Assembly (NCBI GenBank): GCA_963740315.1
Contig: CAVUDP010000001.1
Span: 960,001 to 1,024,000, forward strand
Reading direction: 5' to 3'
DNA length: 64,000 nt
Source of the DNA: an uncultured cyanobacterium
Lineage (GTDB): Bacteria; Cyanobacteriota; Cyanobacteriia; Cyanobacteriales; Nostocaceae
The translations under genes were made by a program, and so were the position numbers. The notes under the pieces were generated by a model. It did no database searches. It saw nothing but the letters and a program-made list of their open reading frames with translations, and was not told the DNA's origin. Of this stretch, positions 1 to 9,864 are shown in pieces. Positions within the stretch are counted from its first letter, which is position 1; each line of letters opens with the position of its first letter.

Positions 1-738
1 GCCAGCGAAGCCGGTGCTAAAGGTTTAGCTTACATCCGCGTTAAAGAAAACGGGGAAATCGATACTATAGGTGCAATCAAGGATAATTTAAGCGAAGAAC
101 AAAAACAAGAAATTTTGCGCCGCACCAATGCAAAAGCTGGACATTTGTTACTTTTTGCTGCTGCCGATACCAATACCGTTAACAAAACTTTAGATAGACT
201 GCGCCAATTTGTAGCCAAGGAATTTAAATTAATCGAACCAGATAAAATAAATTTACTGTGGATTACAGATTTCCCGATGTTTGAATGGAATGCAGATCAA
301 AAACGCCTGGAAGCATTGCATCACCCATTCACCGCACCCCATCCTGACGATTTAAAAGACTTAAAAACCGCACGCGCCCAAGCTTATGACTTGGTATTTA
401 ACGGTTTTGAAATTGGCGGTGGTAGCTTGCGGATTTATCAACGAGAAATTCAAGAACAAGTATTTGAAACCATCGGTTTATCAGTTGATGAAGCGTACAA
501 TAAATTTGGCTTTCTTTTAGAAGCTTTTGAATATGGTACTCCTCCTCATGGTGGTATTGCCTACGGTTTAGATAGATTGGTTATGCTGTTAGCAGGAGAA
601 GAATCAATTCGGGATGTAATTGCTTTTCCCAAAACGCAACAAGCAAGTTGTTTGTTAACAGATGCACCTTCAACTGTAGATGCTGCTCAACTTAAAGAAT
701 TGCACGTTGCTTCAACATTCAAGCCTAAATCTAAGTAA
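1..738 (+). CDS. aspS: Aspartyl-tRNA synthetase, C-terminal part (5' truncated by window)
   Basis: Frame open from base 1 ([14 protein letters not shown]...); class II AspRS motifs [49 protein letters not shown]. Confidence 0.97.
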   Translation, partial: ASEAGAKGLAYIRVKENGEIDTIGAIKDNLSEEQKQEILRRTNAKAGHLLLFAAADTNTVNKTLDRLRQFVAKEFKLIEPDKINLLWITDFPMFEWNADQKRLEALHHPFTAPHPDDLKDLKTARAQAYDLVFNGFEIGGGSLRIYQREIQEQVFETIGLSVDEAYNKFGFLLEAFEYGTPPHGGIAYGLDRLVMLLAGEESIRDVIAFPKTQQASCLLTDAPSTVDAAQLKELHVASTFKPKSK

Positions 739-786
739 TGCTTGAGCAGAATTAAGATAAATTCGCAGCAAGGGTTAGGGGTAATT

Positions 787-828
787 AAGGTTGAAGGTTA
801 AAGGTTGAAGGTTAAAGGTTAAAGGTCA
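787..828. repeat. Heptamer tandem repeat (AAGGTT[G/A]) x6
   Basis: aaggttg aaggtta aaggttg aaggtta aaggtta aaggtca. Confidence 0.9.
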
Positions 829-843
829 AAAATACTACCTTGC

Positions 844-895
844 CCCCTTGTCTCCCCATCTCCCTCTCCCCTTACCCCTTGTCTACCCATCCCTT
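844..895. repeat. Degenerate C-rich short tandem repeat (CCCCATCT/CCTTGTCT type)
   Basis: Same unit family as the 24296-24463 array. Confidence 0.75.
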
Positions 896-1416
896 GGTAT
901 TTTCCTACCATTAAAAGAAAACATCCGACAGATGGAAAGCTTAAACGGTTATATATTCTCTTGCCGATCGCGGTATTTATTGTGGATTCCATATTTACAA
1001 TCATGCCTGGTAACTCGTCAATTGCATACAGCATCCTCAAAAAAATATTTTAGATAAGTAAGTTATTTTTGATAAAATTATCTGAAAGCAAAAAAAAAGT
1101 AATAAAAAGTAGGAAAAGTAGGAAAAAGAAACCTAAACATATTAATTAAGTAGGAAAAACATCCAATATTTGATTTGATCGAGCCTGGAATGCTTATTTT
1201 AATCAGACATAAATAGATCAAAAATCGCTTTATAAATCATTTCATAAAGTATTGCAGAACTAAAATAAATCAGTAATAAAATCTATTTGCAAGAAAACAT
1301 AAAGATACTGTATAATCACTGATAAGAAAAGAACAGTTTTCTCAAAAATAGTCATAGTAAGTATTGCAGCCTTGCTCAACGGCTATGATTCCTGCTGAGA
1401 AAAGTATTATATTACT

Positions 1417-1455
1417 CAATATCAAGATATTGTAAAGTTAATATCAAGATATTGT
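1417..1455. promoter_or_regulatory. Duplicated palindromic box AATATC-AA-GATATT, 22-bp period; candidate operator pair
   Basis: AATATCAAGATATTGT at 1418-1433 and 1440-1455; each copy has dyad symmetry. Confidence 0.45.
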
Positions 1456-1509
1456 GAATTATAAAGAAAAGGTATTGTTACCTTGTCGTGAGTGTTGGTA
1501 CTATTCCAT

Positions 1510-1525
1510 TGTAAAAATAAATACA
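1510..1525. promoter_or_regulatory. Candidate NtcA-binding site TGTA-N8-TACA
   Basis: tGTAaaaataaaTACa; no canonical -10 box at 22 nt spacing. Confidence 0.3.
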
Positions 1526-1893
1526 AAAGAGGTTGTATGTTTAATAACTGGTAAATTAGTTTACTGTCGTTGATGCTATGGTAATTTTACTAAGGTCAAA
1601 TTTTTTTACAACTTTTAGTAGCCTTGAAACTGACTAAAAGAACGATCGCAATTGCTGATTAGATATAGATTGTATCACTAAAAGAAAAAGTTTGATTTAT
1701 CTTTACTGATTTCTATCATATCTTAACAAACTTTGGGTAAATAAAGAATTTAAGCAGCGATCGAGTTATGATCTGGAGTTTTCTATGCTTGCATTGTTGT
1801 AGAGAATAATGTTGAGCAGCTTTTCCAACCCGTGTATGATTTGTGCTGTAAATAGCATTTAAGAAAGTCCGTAACAAATTATACGTTTTTTTA

Positions 1894-1997
1894 TAGAAGT
1901 AGGGCTTTGACGGTCTAACGATCTCAGTCCTTCTAAAGACCTTTACTGTGTTTATTTTGACAGTGAAGGTTGAATAATATACTCTATGTAGAGTATA
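1894..1997 (+). other. Three consecutive inverted repeats in the leader of the EPS cluster
   Basis: TAGAAG..GGGCT/AGTCCTTCTA (1894-1935), ACCTTTACTGT/ACAGTGAAGGT (1939-1970), TATACTCTA-TG-TAGAGTATA (1978-1997). Confidence 0.5.
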
Positions 1998-2142
1998 AAT
2001 TTAAAAATAATAGGTGCATCTACTTTCCGACTTCGTAAAAAGTTAAGTTTGGGCAATTTTTTTTGAGTGTAATATATCAGAGTTAAAATTTTCTCTACGA
2101 AACTTCTTAAAGGGCGTATAGTTATCAGTAGTGTATCTGTAT

Positions 2143-2586
2143 ATGAAAGAAGTTAAATTAGTCAAAAGATGCGATCGCAATCGCAACCGTTCTAAAAGAA
2201 GGGCTATCTACTGCCCGGTGCATAGATGTTACTTACATAGCGTCAGTCAAAAATATAAATTATTTGCTTCCGATGCCAAGCAACTCCAACAAAAAGGAAT
2301 AGGGCGACAGAATGCCAAAATATTGATAGCTAGTCAAACCGCAGTGCTTTTAGAAGATGAGTGGTTAGAAGCATTTTGGTGCGATGAATGCCAGCGAACG
2401 GAATGGTATCATGTCAAAAAAACTGGCAAAAGCTCTGACACAAATGTTGGACGTATTTCCTATTCAATATCGGTGGCACCTCGCGAACTATGGGAACGAT
2501 CGGTAGGTGTAGATGAATCCAGAGGAAATCCTAGCGTTAGTGAATTTACTCGCAGACATGCACGAATGGTTAGCTATGATTTATAG
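2143..2586 (+). CDS. Conserved cyanobacterial hypothetical protein, basic N-terminus, putative Zn-binding (CPxH...WCxxC)
   Basis: KRCDRNRNRSKRRAIYCPVH...WLEAFWCDEC...GNPSVSEFTRR; start uncertain (ATG 2143 chosen, GTG 2131 possible). Confidence 0.8.
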   Translation: MKEVKLVKRCDRNRNRSKRRAIYCPVHRCYLHSVSQKYKLFASDAKQLQQKGIGRQNAKILIASQTAVLLEDEWLEAFWCDECQRTEWYHVKKTGKSSDTNVGRISYSISVAPRELWERSVGVDESRGNPSVSEFTRRHARMVSYDL

Positions 2587-2767
2587 GAGAAACCGGAGAA
2601 AGCTTGTATGAATTAATTCTTGAACAGAAAAAGAGATTTAGTTGTTAGCTGATAAGCGCTATTATTTGATATTTGCCGACTGATTCAACTCATTTAAACA
2701 AGGAAAAGGGCAAATTATCCTAATATTGATTTAGATAAATAGGGCATAAGGCATAAGAGGTGTAACT

Positions 2768-4294
2768 TTGAACAAGAAACCGTTTGTTAAGTTAAAAAAC
2801 GGGAAGATAGTAAGCGCGGATTCGGGGGCAACAGCTTCTTTTAATGAAACCGATGAAACCCAAGCTTATACAAAAAAAACGTCAGTAACGTCCAAAGCAT
2901 CAGGAATATTTTATTTACTTACTCTTATTTTGGTAAACGCGGGTATTTGGAGTGGGGCTTTCATGTATTTAGCCACAGCGAAACCAAAATATGTCAGTGA
3001 ATGGGCAATTAATATTCCTGGTAGTGGTTCAACCTCTGACATTAATCTTCCTAATATTGGACAAGCAACATCGCAAAATTATTCAGCTTATGCGGGAGCA
3101 AATTACGATCCTAGAGAAAACTATAAAGCGATCGCAACCAGCGATCGAGTATTAGAAGTAGCAGCAGCAAAAGTTAATATTCCATTAGAAAAATTCGGCA
3201 AACCGCGAATTAAAACTGTTGACAATACATCGCTGATGAGATTTGAGCTTCAAGGTTCGACTCCCCAACAAGCGAGAATAAAATCCGTAGCTTTACAAAG
3301 AGCATTTGAAGCCAAATTAGACCAATTAAGGTATGAAGAAATTGCTCAGCAGAAAGCACGTTTGGAAAGTGGAATCGAAACCTCGCGGCGAACATTAACA
3401 GCCGCTCAAAGACGACTTAGTGCTTTCCAAGCTGCTTCTGGTTTAAGCTCTGAGGAACAACTGACTAAGTTAGCAACGAATATAGAAGATTTACGCAGAC
3501 AGCGTGCCGAACTAGCAGCCCAACAGCAACAGTCTCAAGCCCAGCTTGCGGAATTATCTAGTAGTCTAAATTTATCTTCCGATCAAGCTTCAGATGCTTT
3601 TGTTTTACAAGCAGATCCACTCTTTCAAAATTATCTGAAAAGTTACAGCGAAGCTAATAGTCAATTGATCGGTTTAGGTGCAAGGTTTTTACAGACTCAT
3701 CCGAGTGTGATTAACATCAAAACCGAGCAAAGAGATGCTCAAGCTGCTCTTTTAAACAGGGCGCAAGCTTTGTTAAATCGTCCGATAAGTATGGCGTTAA
3801 TTAATCGGCTCAACTTTAGTAATAATGAATCATCTGGTTCTAAACGCGCTATATTATCCGAACAATTAGTGACAACAAGCGTAGCAAAACAAGGAATAAA
3901 AGCTCAAGTAGAGGCATTAGAGACAGAAATTCCGCAACTGGAAGCAAGGCTGCAAAAATTAGCACAGCAAAATTCCGTGATGGAAGATTTGAAGCGAGAC
4001 GTACAAGTTGCCGAAGCAGTGTTTTCATCAACCATTACTAAATTAGACTTAGCAAAAACCACCGTTTCGGCTTCTTACCCAGAAACTCAAATTCTCGCTG
4101 CACCGAGTTTACCAACTGAGGCAAATGCACCAAGAAAAACCTTAGTTTTAATAGGTGCATCATTAGGCTCGTTATTGTTTAGTAGTGGAATTATTGGGTT
4201 ATGGAAAGTTAAATCACAACAAAAAGAAAAAGAAAAAGAAAAACATCTTCGAGAATACGTAGAATACCCGGAATTTGTAGAAGACTATTACTAA
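2768..4294 (+). CDS. GumC/Wzc-like polysaccharide co-polymerase without C-terminal tyrosine-kinase domain
   Basis: N-terminal TM followed by PKYVS, long coiled-coil, proline-rich motif (APSLPTEANAP) and a second TM; no Walker A domain. Confidence 0.85.
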   Translation: MNKKPFVKLKNGKIVSADSGATASFNETDETQAYTKKTSVTSKASGIFYLLTLILVNAGIWSGAFMYLATAKPKYVSEWAINIPGSGSTSDINLPNIGQATSQNYSAYAGANYDPRENYKAIATSDRVLEVAAAKVNIPLEKFGKPRIKTVDNTSLMRFELQGSTPQQARIKSVALQRAFEAKLDQLRYEEIAQQKARLESGIETSRRTLTAAQRRLSAFQAASGLSSEEQLTKLATNIEDLRRQRAELAAQQQQSQAQLAELSSSLNLSSDQASDAFVLQADPLFQNYLKSYSEANSQLIGLGARFLQTHPSVINIKTEQRDAQAALLNRAQALLNRPISMALINRLNFSNNESSGSKRAILSEQLVTTSVAKQGIKAQVEALETEIPQLEARLQKLAQQNSVMEDLKRDVQVAEAVFSSTITKLDLAKTTVSASYPETQILAAPSLPTEANAPRKTLVLIGASLGSLLFSSGIIGLWKVKSQQKEKEKEKHLREYVEYPEFVEDYY

Positions 4295-4297
4295 AGT

Positions 4298-5581
4298 ATG
4301 AAGCCCCAAAACTTTGAAGAGAGTTTAGTTTGGTACGTAATTATCGGCACTTATGGTATTTACGCATTCGGAATGGTGTTTCCCGTTTACTCCTTATTAG
4401 CATGGGTGTTGGGCGGGTATTTAGTTTTGAAAATTTTTTTGCAAACAGAGAACACCCCAGCTAACGAAAAAATTCGTATTCCGTGGATAACATGGTTATG
4501 GATAGTCTATTCGCTAGTTATTTTAGTTGCAACTTACGCTGGTATAACTGACTTTAAGTTAGGGACAAACGCTTTATTAAGAGGTATTTTAGGTTGGCTA
4601 ACCTCTTCGACTATAATACCCTTATTTTTATTAAGCGGCTGTTTAAATATCAGACCAAAATTAATTTATCGAGCGGTATGTATATTATGTTTACAAAGTT
4701 TAATTGTAATTCCTATAGCTTATGCAGCTTATTTCCTGAATCTGCCCAGTATTCTTTATAGTTCTCCTATTGAAAGATTAATTCAAAATGGTCCAATATT
4801 TTATAACGTCGGATTTTATGCTTTAGAGTATGGTAGCTCGGATGTCCGATTATTTTTGTTTACTCCTTGGTGCCCAGCTTTAGGTTTAGTTAGTAATTTG
4901 TACTTTTTCATGGCGCTGCGAGAATCAAATAAAAGATGGCGTTACATTGGTATAGTTGGTGCGATCGCGATGAATATTGTATCACTTTCGCGAGTTGCTC
5001 TTATATCTTTACCAATAGTATTAATTATTATTTGGAGTTTGAAAAACTTTACCCGTCCCACCGTACAAATTACTGCTGGAATTGTTAGCTTTATCGCCGG
5101 TATTCTTAGTACTCAACTTAGTGATGCCGCCACAGAAGTAGTCGATACATTCTACAGTTCGAGAGCAAGTTCTTCCAAAGTTCGTGCAGCATTGCAAAGA
5201 GTAGCAATTGAAGGCTGGAAAGAAGCTCCAATTTGGGGACATGGAACTCAAAAACCGGGACCACCAGTATTAGCAAAGATGCCGATTGGCTCTCATCACA
5301 CCTGGGTAGGATTGCTCTATACCAAGGGATTAGTAGGCTTTTTCGCTTTCTTTGTACCCGTCTTCTGTAGTTTCGTAAATCTATTAATCAAGGCACGAGA
5401 TAGTAAAATTGCAGAAACATCTTTAAGTATTTTATTAATATTGCTCTTCTTCTCTTTTGGGGAACAAATAGATGTCTTGGGTTACATTTGTTTTCCTGGT
5501 TTAATTATTATGGGAATTGCCTTTAAGGAAAGAGAAAAGCCTATATTTTCTAAGTACCGATCTCACTTAAATTTATCTTAA
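4298..5581 (+). CDS. Wzy/O-antigen-ligase family polymerase
   Basis: Polytopic membrane protein with SLSR, PIWGHG and GSHHTW..LLYTKGLVG motifs. Confidence 0.85.
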   Translation: MKPQNFEESLVWYVIIGTYGIYAFGMVFPVYSLLAWVLGGYLVLKIFLQTENTPANEKIRIPWITWLWIVYSLVILVATYAGITDFKLGTNALLRGILGWLTSSTIIPLFLLSGCLNIRPKLIYRAVCILCLQSLIVIPIAYAAYFLNLPSILYSSPIERLIQNGPIFYNVGFYALEYGSSDVRLFLFTPWCPALGLVSNLYFFMALRESNKRWRYIGIVGAIAMNIVSLSRVALISLPIVLIIIWSLKNFTRPTVQITAGIVSFIAGILSTQLSDAATEVVDTFYSSRASSSKVRAALQRVAIEGWKEAPIWGHGTQKPGPPVLAKMPIGSHHTWVGLLYTKGLVGFFAFFVPVFCSFVNLLIKARDSKIAETSLSILLILLFFSFGEQIDVLGYICFPGLIIMGIAFKEREKPIFSKYRSHLNLS

Positions 5582-5704
5582 GTTAGTTACTTTAATATAT
5601 ATAATTGCTCAAATTCAATCTCAATAATTTATAGATAATTAATAAAGCATTGTGTCATAATTTCTTTCCATTCAAGAAAAAAATCCAAAAATCTCTGCAA
5701 ATTA

Positions 5705-6973
5705 ATGATAATCGAAAAAATTAAGCAGCAACTGTCAAATCAGTTCATCCGTAATATAGGCTGGCTTGGAGGTGCTGAATTAATAAATCGTATATTTCGC
5801 TTGGGAGCAACAGTTATACTAGCTCGCGCTCTAAGCCCAAAAGATTACGGATTAGCAGCAGTTGTTCTAACTATTAACGAATTTACGACAGTTTTTACGC
5901 TCAGGGCTGGAATTGGAGGCAAAATTGTTCAAGCTGATGAGGAAGACGTAGAAGTTTTTTGCAATACAGCCTATTGGTTAAATTGGATTTTATGTATTTC
6001 CCTGTTCGTAATTCAATGTATTGCGGCTTTTCCTGTGGCTTGGTTTTATAACGAACAGAAACTAATATTGCCACTTTGCGTATACAGCTTAGTCTATTTA
6101 ATGTTACCGTTTTTCGCCGTTCATAATGCATTAATAGATAGAGCTAATAGACTAAAAATCACGGCAATAAGTACGGCAATTCAGTCAATGCTGAATAACA
6201 TTCTGATTCCAATATTTGCGCTTTCAGGTATGGGTATGTGGGCTTTTGTACTACCCGGACTTTTCACTACTCCGGTATGGATAGTCGTTACTCATCTTAA
6301 CGAACCTTGGCGACCAAAAATGTCCTTTACTTTGGAAAGATGGAAAGAGATAGTTGATTTTGGTAAAGATGTACTTGGTTATGAATTATTAGAAAAAGTT
6401 CGAGCAAATATTGATTACTTATTAGTAGGAAAATTTTTAGGTGTTGAAGCTTTAGGAATTTACTTTTTTGCTTTCAATGCGGGTTTGGGTATCAGTTTAA
6501 ACGTAATTAATATTATGGTTTGGCCCCTGTATCCTCACCTTTGTGCTGCTAGACGTAATTATAGTGAATTTAAACAGAAATATTTCCATAGTCTTAAAAC
6601 GATCGGCTTGGTAATAGTTCCTTTAGTTATTCTTCAGTCCAGTTTGGCTCCGTTTTACGTACCGATTGTTTTTGGTGAAAAATGGAAAATGGCAATCCCT
6701 ATATTAGTATTAATTTGCCTTTCTGCGATACCGCGTCCTTTTGGTACGGCAGCGGCTTTATTACTGCAATCTTTAGATAAAGCTTGGATCAATTTGCGCT
6801 GGAGTGTAATGTTTACCGGAGTTTTTATTGCTAGTTTATTTATTGGTATGCAGTGGGGAATTTATGGAGTAGCAGTATCCGTATTAATTTCTCATGTTAT
6901 CGCAATGCCCCTATTTACAGTTTGGGCAACAAGGTTTGTATTTGCTAGAAATTCAACTTTACTACTTAAATAA
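5705..6973 (+). CDS. Wzx-type polysaccharide flippase (PST family)
   Basis: ILARALSPKDYGL, NIDYLLVGKFLGVEALGIY, VFGEKW motifs; many TM segments. Confidence 0.9.
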   Translation: MIIEKIKQQLSNQFIRNIGWLGGAELINRIFRLGATVILARALSPKDYGLAAVVLTINEFTTVFTLRAGIGGKIVQADEEDVEVFCNTAYWLNWILCISLFVIQCIAAFPVAWFYNEQKLILPLCVYSLVYLMLPFFAVHNALIDRANRLKITAISTAIQSMLNNILIPIFALSGMGMWAFVLPGLFTTPVWIVVTHLNEPWRPKMSFTLERWKEIVDFGKDVLGYELLEKVRANIDYLLVGKFLGVEALGIYFFAFNAGLGISLNVINIMVWPLYPHLCAARRNYSEFKQKYFHSLKTIGLVIVPLVILQSSLAPFYVPIVFGEKWKMAIPILVLICLSAIPRPFGTAAALLLQSLDKAWINLRWSVMFTGVFIASLFIGMQWGIYGVAVSVLISHVIAMPLFTVWATRFVFARNSTLLLK

Positions 6974-7113
6974 AATGTTAACTTATGTAAATTAAATCAA
7001 TTTCTATGAAGATAAGATAAAAGTTTTATTTATTTAAGATACATTTGCTACATTGCATAGTTCTATCGCGTATTATTTGCAACGTGAGGGCTGTATCGAG
7101 AAATAAAGAAACT

Positions 7114-8118
7114 ATGACTGTATGTTATTTGATCCAAACCTATAAAGATCCAGAACAGGTATATAGGCTTGTTAAATTGATTAAAAGTACCGCATCTGAT
7201 TCATTTATACTAATCAGTCATAACTTTAATAGTTGTGACCTAAATACGAGTTTATTAAGGAAACTAAAGGATGTTGAGGTGATTCCAAATAATAACGTAA
7301 TGATGGGTAGTTTCGCTATTCTTCAAGGTTATTTTGATGCAATTGGTTGGTTATCAAGTCAAAATATTAAATTTGATTGGCTGATAAATCTTACTGGTCA
7401 AGATTATCCTACACAACCTCTTCATAAAATAGAATCGTTTCTAGCAAAAACTGATTATGATGGTTTTATTCAGTACTTTGACGTGTTTTCTAAGCAAAGT
7501 CCCTGGAATCGAAAAGTCGTAAATACAAGATATTTATATCACTACAAACATTTTAAGCAGTATTTATCGCCCAAACAGCGGCTTATGTTGAAACCGATTA
7601 AGCATATTATTAATAATTGTCAACCTTTTATTCGATTAAATTCTTCCTATGGAGTAACCGTTGGAATTAAAAGTTCCTGTAATTTATTTAATAAAGAATT
7701 TACTTGCTATGGAGGCTCTTACTTTGCAACGATTTCTCAGAAATGTGCCGCGTATTTATATTCTTTTGTCAAAGATAATTATCGCGTGTTCGATTACTAC
7801 AAAAAGACATTTATTCCAGAAGAGTCTCTAATACAAACTGTTTTGGTAAATAGTCAAAAATTTAAGTTATGTAATAGCAATTATCGCTATACGGATTTCA
7901 TAAATAGCCGACACGGACATCCACGCATACTAACTAAGAAAGATTTTTCGATTCTAAATCAAGACAATATTCATTTTGCTCGGAAATTTGATATGAATGT
8001 AGATAGCGCTATATTAGATGAATTAGATAGAAAAATATTTGCAGATAGAGAAATAGATGTATCTTATACTAAATTTGTAAATCCTCAAGATAATTCTATG
8101 GAATTAGTAAAAATATAA
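7114..8118 (+). CDS. GT14 (Core-2/I-branching-like) glycosyltransferase
   Basis: YLIQTYK, LTGQDYP, GGSYF, PEES, HFARKFD motifs; ATG 7114 preferred over TTG 7045. Confidence 0.85.
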   Translation: MTVCYLIQTYKDPEQVYRLVKLIKSTASDSFILISHNFNSCDLNTSLLRKLKDVEVIPNNNVMMGSFAILQGYFDAIGWLSSQNIKFDWLINLTGQDYPTQPLHKIESFLAKTDYDGFIQYFDVFSKQSPWNRKVVNTRYLYHYKHFKQYLSPKQRLMLKPIKHIINNCQPFIRLNSSYGVTVGIKSSCNLFNKEFTCYGGSYFATISQKCAAYLYSFVKDNYRVFDYYKKTFIPEESLIQTVLVNSQKFKLCNSNYRYTDFINSRHGHPRILTKKDFSILNQDNIHFARKFDMNVDSAILDELDRKIFADREIDVSYTKFVNPQDNSMELVKI

Positions 8119-8130
8119 AACTTAATTTTG

Positions 8131-8170
8131 CTTATTATGCTTGATTCTTCCTAAGATTTAGCATAATAAG
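8131..8170. other. Intergenic stem-loop
   Basis: CTTATTATGCT...AGCATAATAAG 11-bp perfect stem. Confidence 0.5.
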
Positions 8171-8220
8171 AACTTAAGAACCACAAATCAATAAATTATT
8201 GCTAGATAAGGTTAACTGTA

Positions 8221-9207
8221 ATGCCTGAAATATCAGTAGTTGTTCCCGCTTACAACTCTCAACGCACTATCTTAGAAACTATTACATCTGTTTTACAGCA
8301 AAGTTTTTCCGATTTTGAGTTAATAGTAATTAATGATGGTTCTACCGATGGAACTTTAGAGCTATTAGAAACCGTACAAGATACCAGATTAAAAGTTTAT
8401 TCTTACCCCAATGGAGGTTTACCAACAGCTCGCAATCGCGGTATCGATCGCGCTAAAGGCAAATTTATTTCTTTTATCGACGCAGATGATTTATGGACAC
8501 CTGAAAAACTAGAACTACAGCTTAAAGCTTTACAACAAAATCCAGAAGCGGGAGTTGCTTATAGTTGGACAATTTGCATGGGTAATAATGGCGATTCATT
8601 TCATAATGGTGTTGCTGAAAGTTTTCAAGGTAATGTCTATGGCAATTTGTTAGTTAGCAACTTTATTGCTAGTGGATCGAACGTGTTAATTCGTAGAGAA
8701 GCGATTGAATCGGTAGGCTATTTTGATAAAAGTTTGAAATCATGCGAAGACTGGGATTATTGGCTGCGATTAGCACCAAAGTGGGATTTTGTAGTTGTAC
8801 GGAAACCCCAAATTATTTATCGATTATCTTCGGGGGCGATGTCAAGCAAAGTTGATGTGATGGAAAAGTATCAAACTTTGGTACTCGGAAGAGCGTTTGC
8901 ATCAGCGCCGTTAGAATTACAATACTTGAAGAATCAAGGTTTTGCGAATATATATTTATTTACAACGCGACTTAGTTTAACTAGAACTAATGATGATAAA
9001 ATTCCTTGGAAAGCTGTTCAAAAGCTATGGAAAGCAATTAGTCTTTATCCAAAAATACTATTGAGAAAAGAAACTTATGTTTTATTATTTAAGCTACTGA
9101 TATTAGCTATTCTTTCTCCAAAAATTGCCACCGCTATTTTAACTAAAATTACTACCGTGCGTACAATTGTTGACCCTCGATTGCAAACTAATTCTGCTAA
9201 AAGTTAA
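8221..9207 (+). CDS. Glycosyltransferase family 2
   Basis: SVVVPAYN, NDGSTD, ARNRG, FIDADD, EDWD motifs. Confidence 0.93.
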   Translation: MPEISVVVPAYNSQRTILETITSVLQQSFSDFELIVINDGSTDGTLELLETVQDTRLKVYSYPNGGLPTARNRGIDRAKGKFISFIDADDLWTPEKLELQLKALQQNPEAGVAYSWTICMGNNGDSFHNGVAESFQGNVYGNLLVSNFIASGSNVLIRREAIESVGYFDKSLKSCEDWDYWLRLAPKWDFVVVRKPQIIYRLSSGAMSSKVDVMEKYQTLVLGRAFASAPLELQYLKNQGFANIYLFTTRLSLTRTNDDKIPWKAVQKLWKAISLYPKILLRKETYVLLFKLLILAILSPKIATAILTKITTVRTIVDPRLQTNSAKS

Positions 9208-9300
9208 CAACTCTACTTGACTATTAGTTTAAAAATAAATTATGTAAACAATTACATCACTCCCTCTAGATATTAATTAAATATTCACTCTAGTTAACTT

Positions 9301-9329
9301 CTGGTAGTATCCTGCTACCAGTTTTTTTT
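9301..9329 (+). terminator. Intrinsic terminator inside the EPS cluster
   Basis: CTGGTAG-tatcctg-CTACCAG followed by T8. Confidence 0.75.
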
Positions 9330-9518
9330 ATGCAATTAAATCTATCAAAGCATCATGAGCTACGAATCAGCGAAAAAAGTATTACTTATCACAAATACAA
9401 ACAAAAAGCATCAAAAATAAACCAATTTATCTATCTTTGTATAGATATGTAAAATCATCACATCTTGTTTACTTATAATCATCATTCATCACCGATCGCA
9501 ATCTACTAAGAAACACTT

Positions 9519-9851
9519 ATGCAAACTATAATAAAAAAGCATCAATACACGGTTATAAAACCTAAAAATTCTATCACAGCAGTAAATGCATATTTATTTG
9601 AACAACAATTAATAACAGCATTAAGACGAAATCAGCACTCTATATTACTAGTTGATTTGGAAAAAGTAGAATTTTTAGATAGTGCTGGGTTAATGGCATT
9701 AATATCTGGTTGTAAATTAGCTCAAAATTTAGGAACGCGCTTTAGTGTTTGTTCTATTTCCTCTTGCTTACGAATCATCATTGAACTAACTCAACTTGAT
9801 AAGGTATTAGAGGTATTTGAAAACCAAGTCTCATTTAGACAAACGCTTTAA
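9519..9851 (+). CDS. STAS-domain protein (anti-sigma-factor antagonist type)
   Basis: LVDLEKVEFLDSAGL with conserved phospho-Ser; ELTQLD motif. Confidence 0.9.
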   Translation: MQTIIKKHQYTVIKPKNSITAVNAYLFEQQLITALRRNQHSILLVDLEKVEFLDSAGLMALISGCKLAQNLGTRFSVCSISSCLRIIIELTQLDKVLEVFENQVSFRQTL

Positions 9852-9864
9852 TGATATTTAATTC

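Noticed and set aside
1107..1158. AAGTAGGAA repeated three times
   Set aside because: Low-complexity purine tract, insufficient evidence for a binding site
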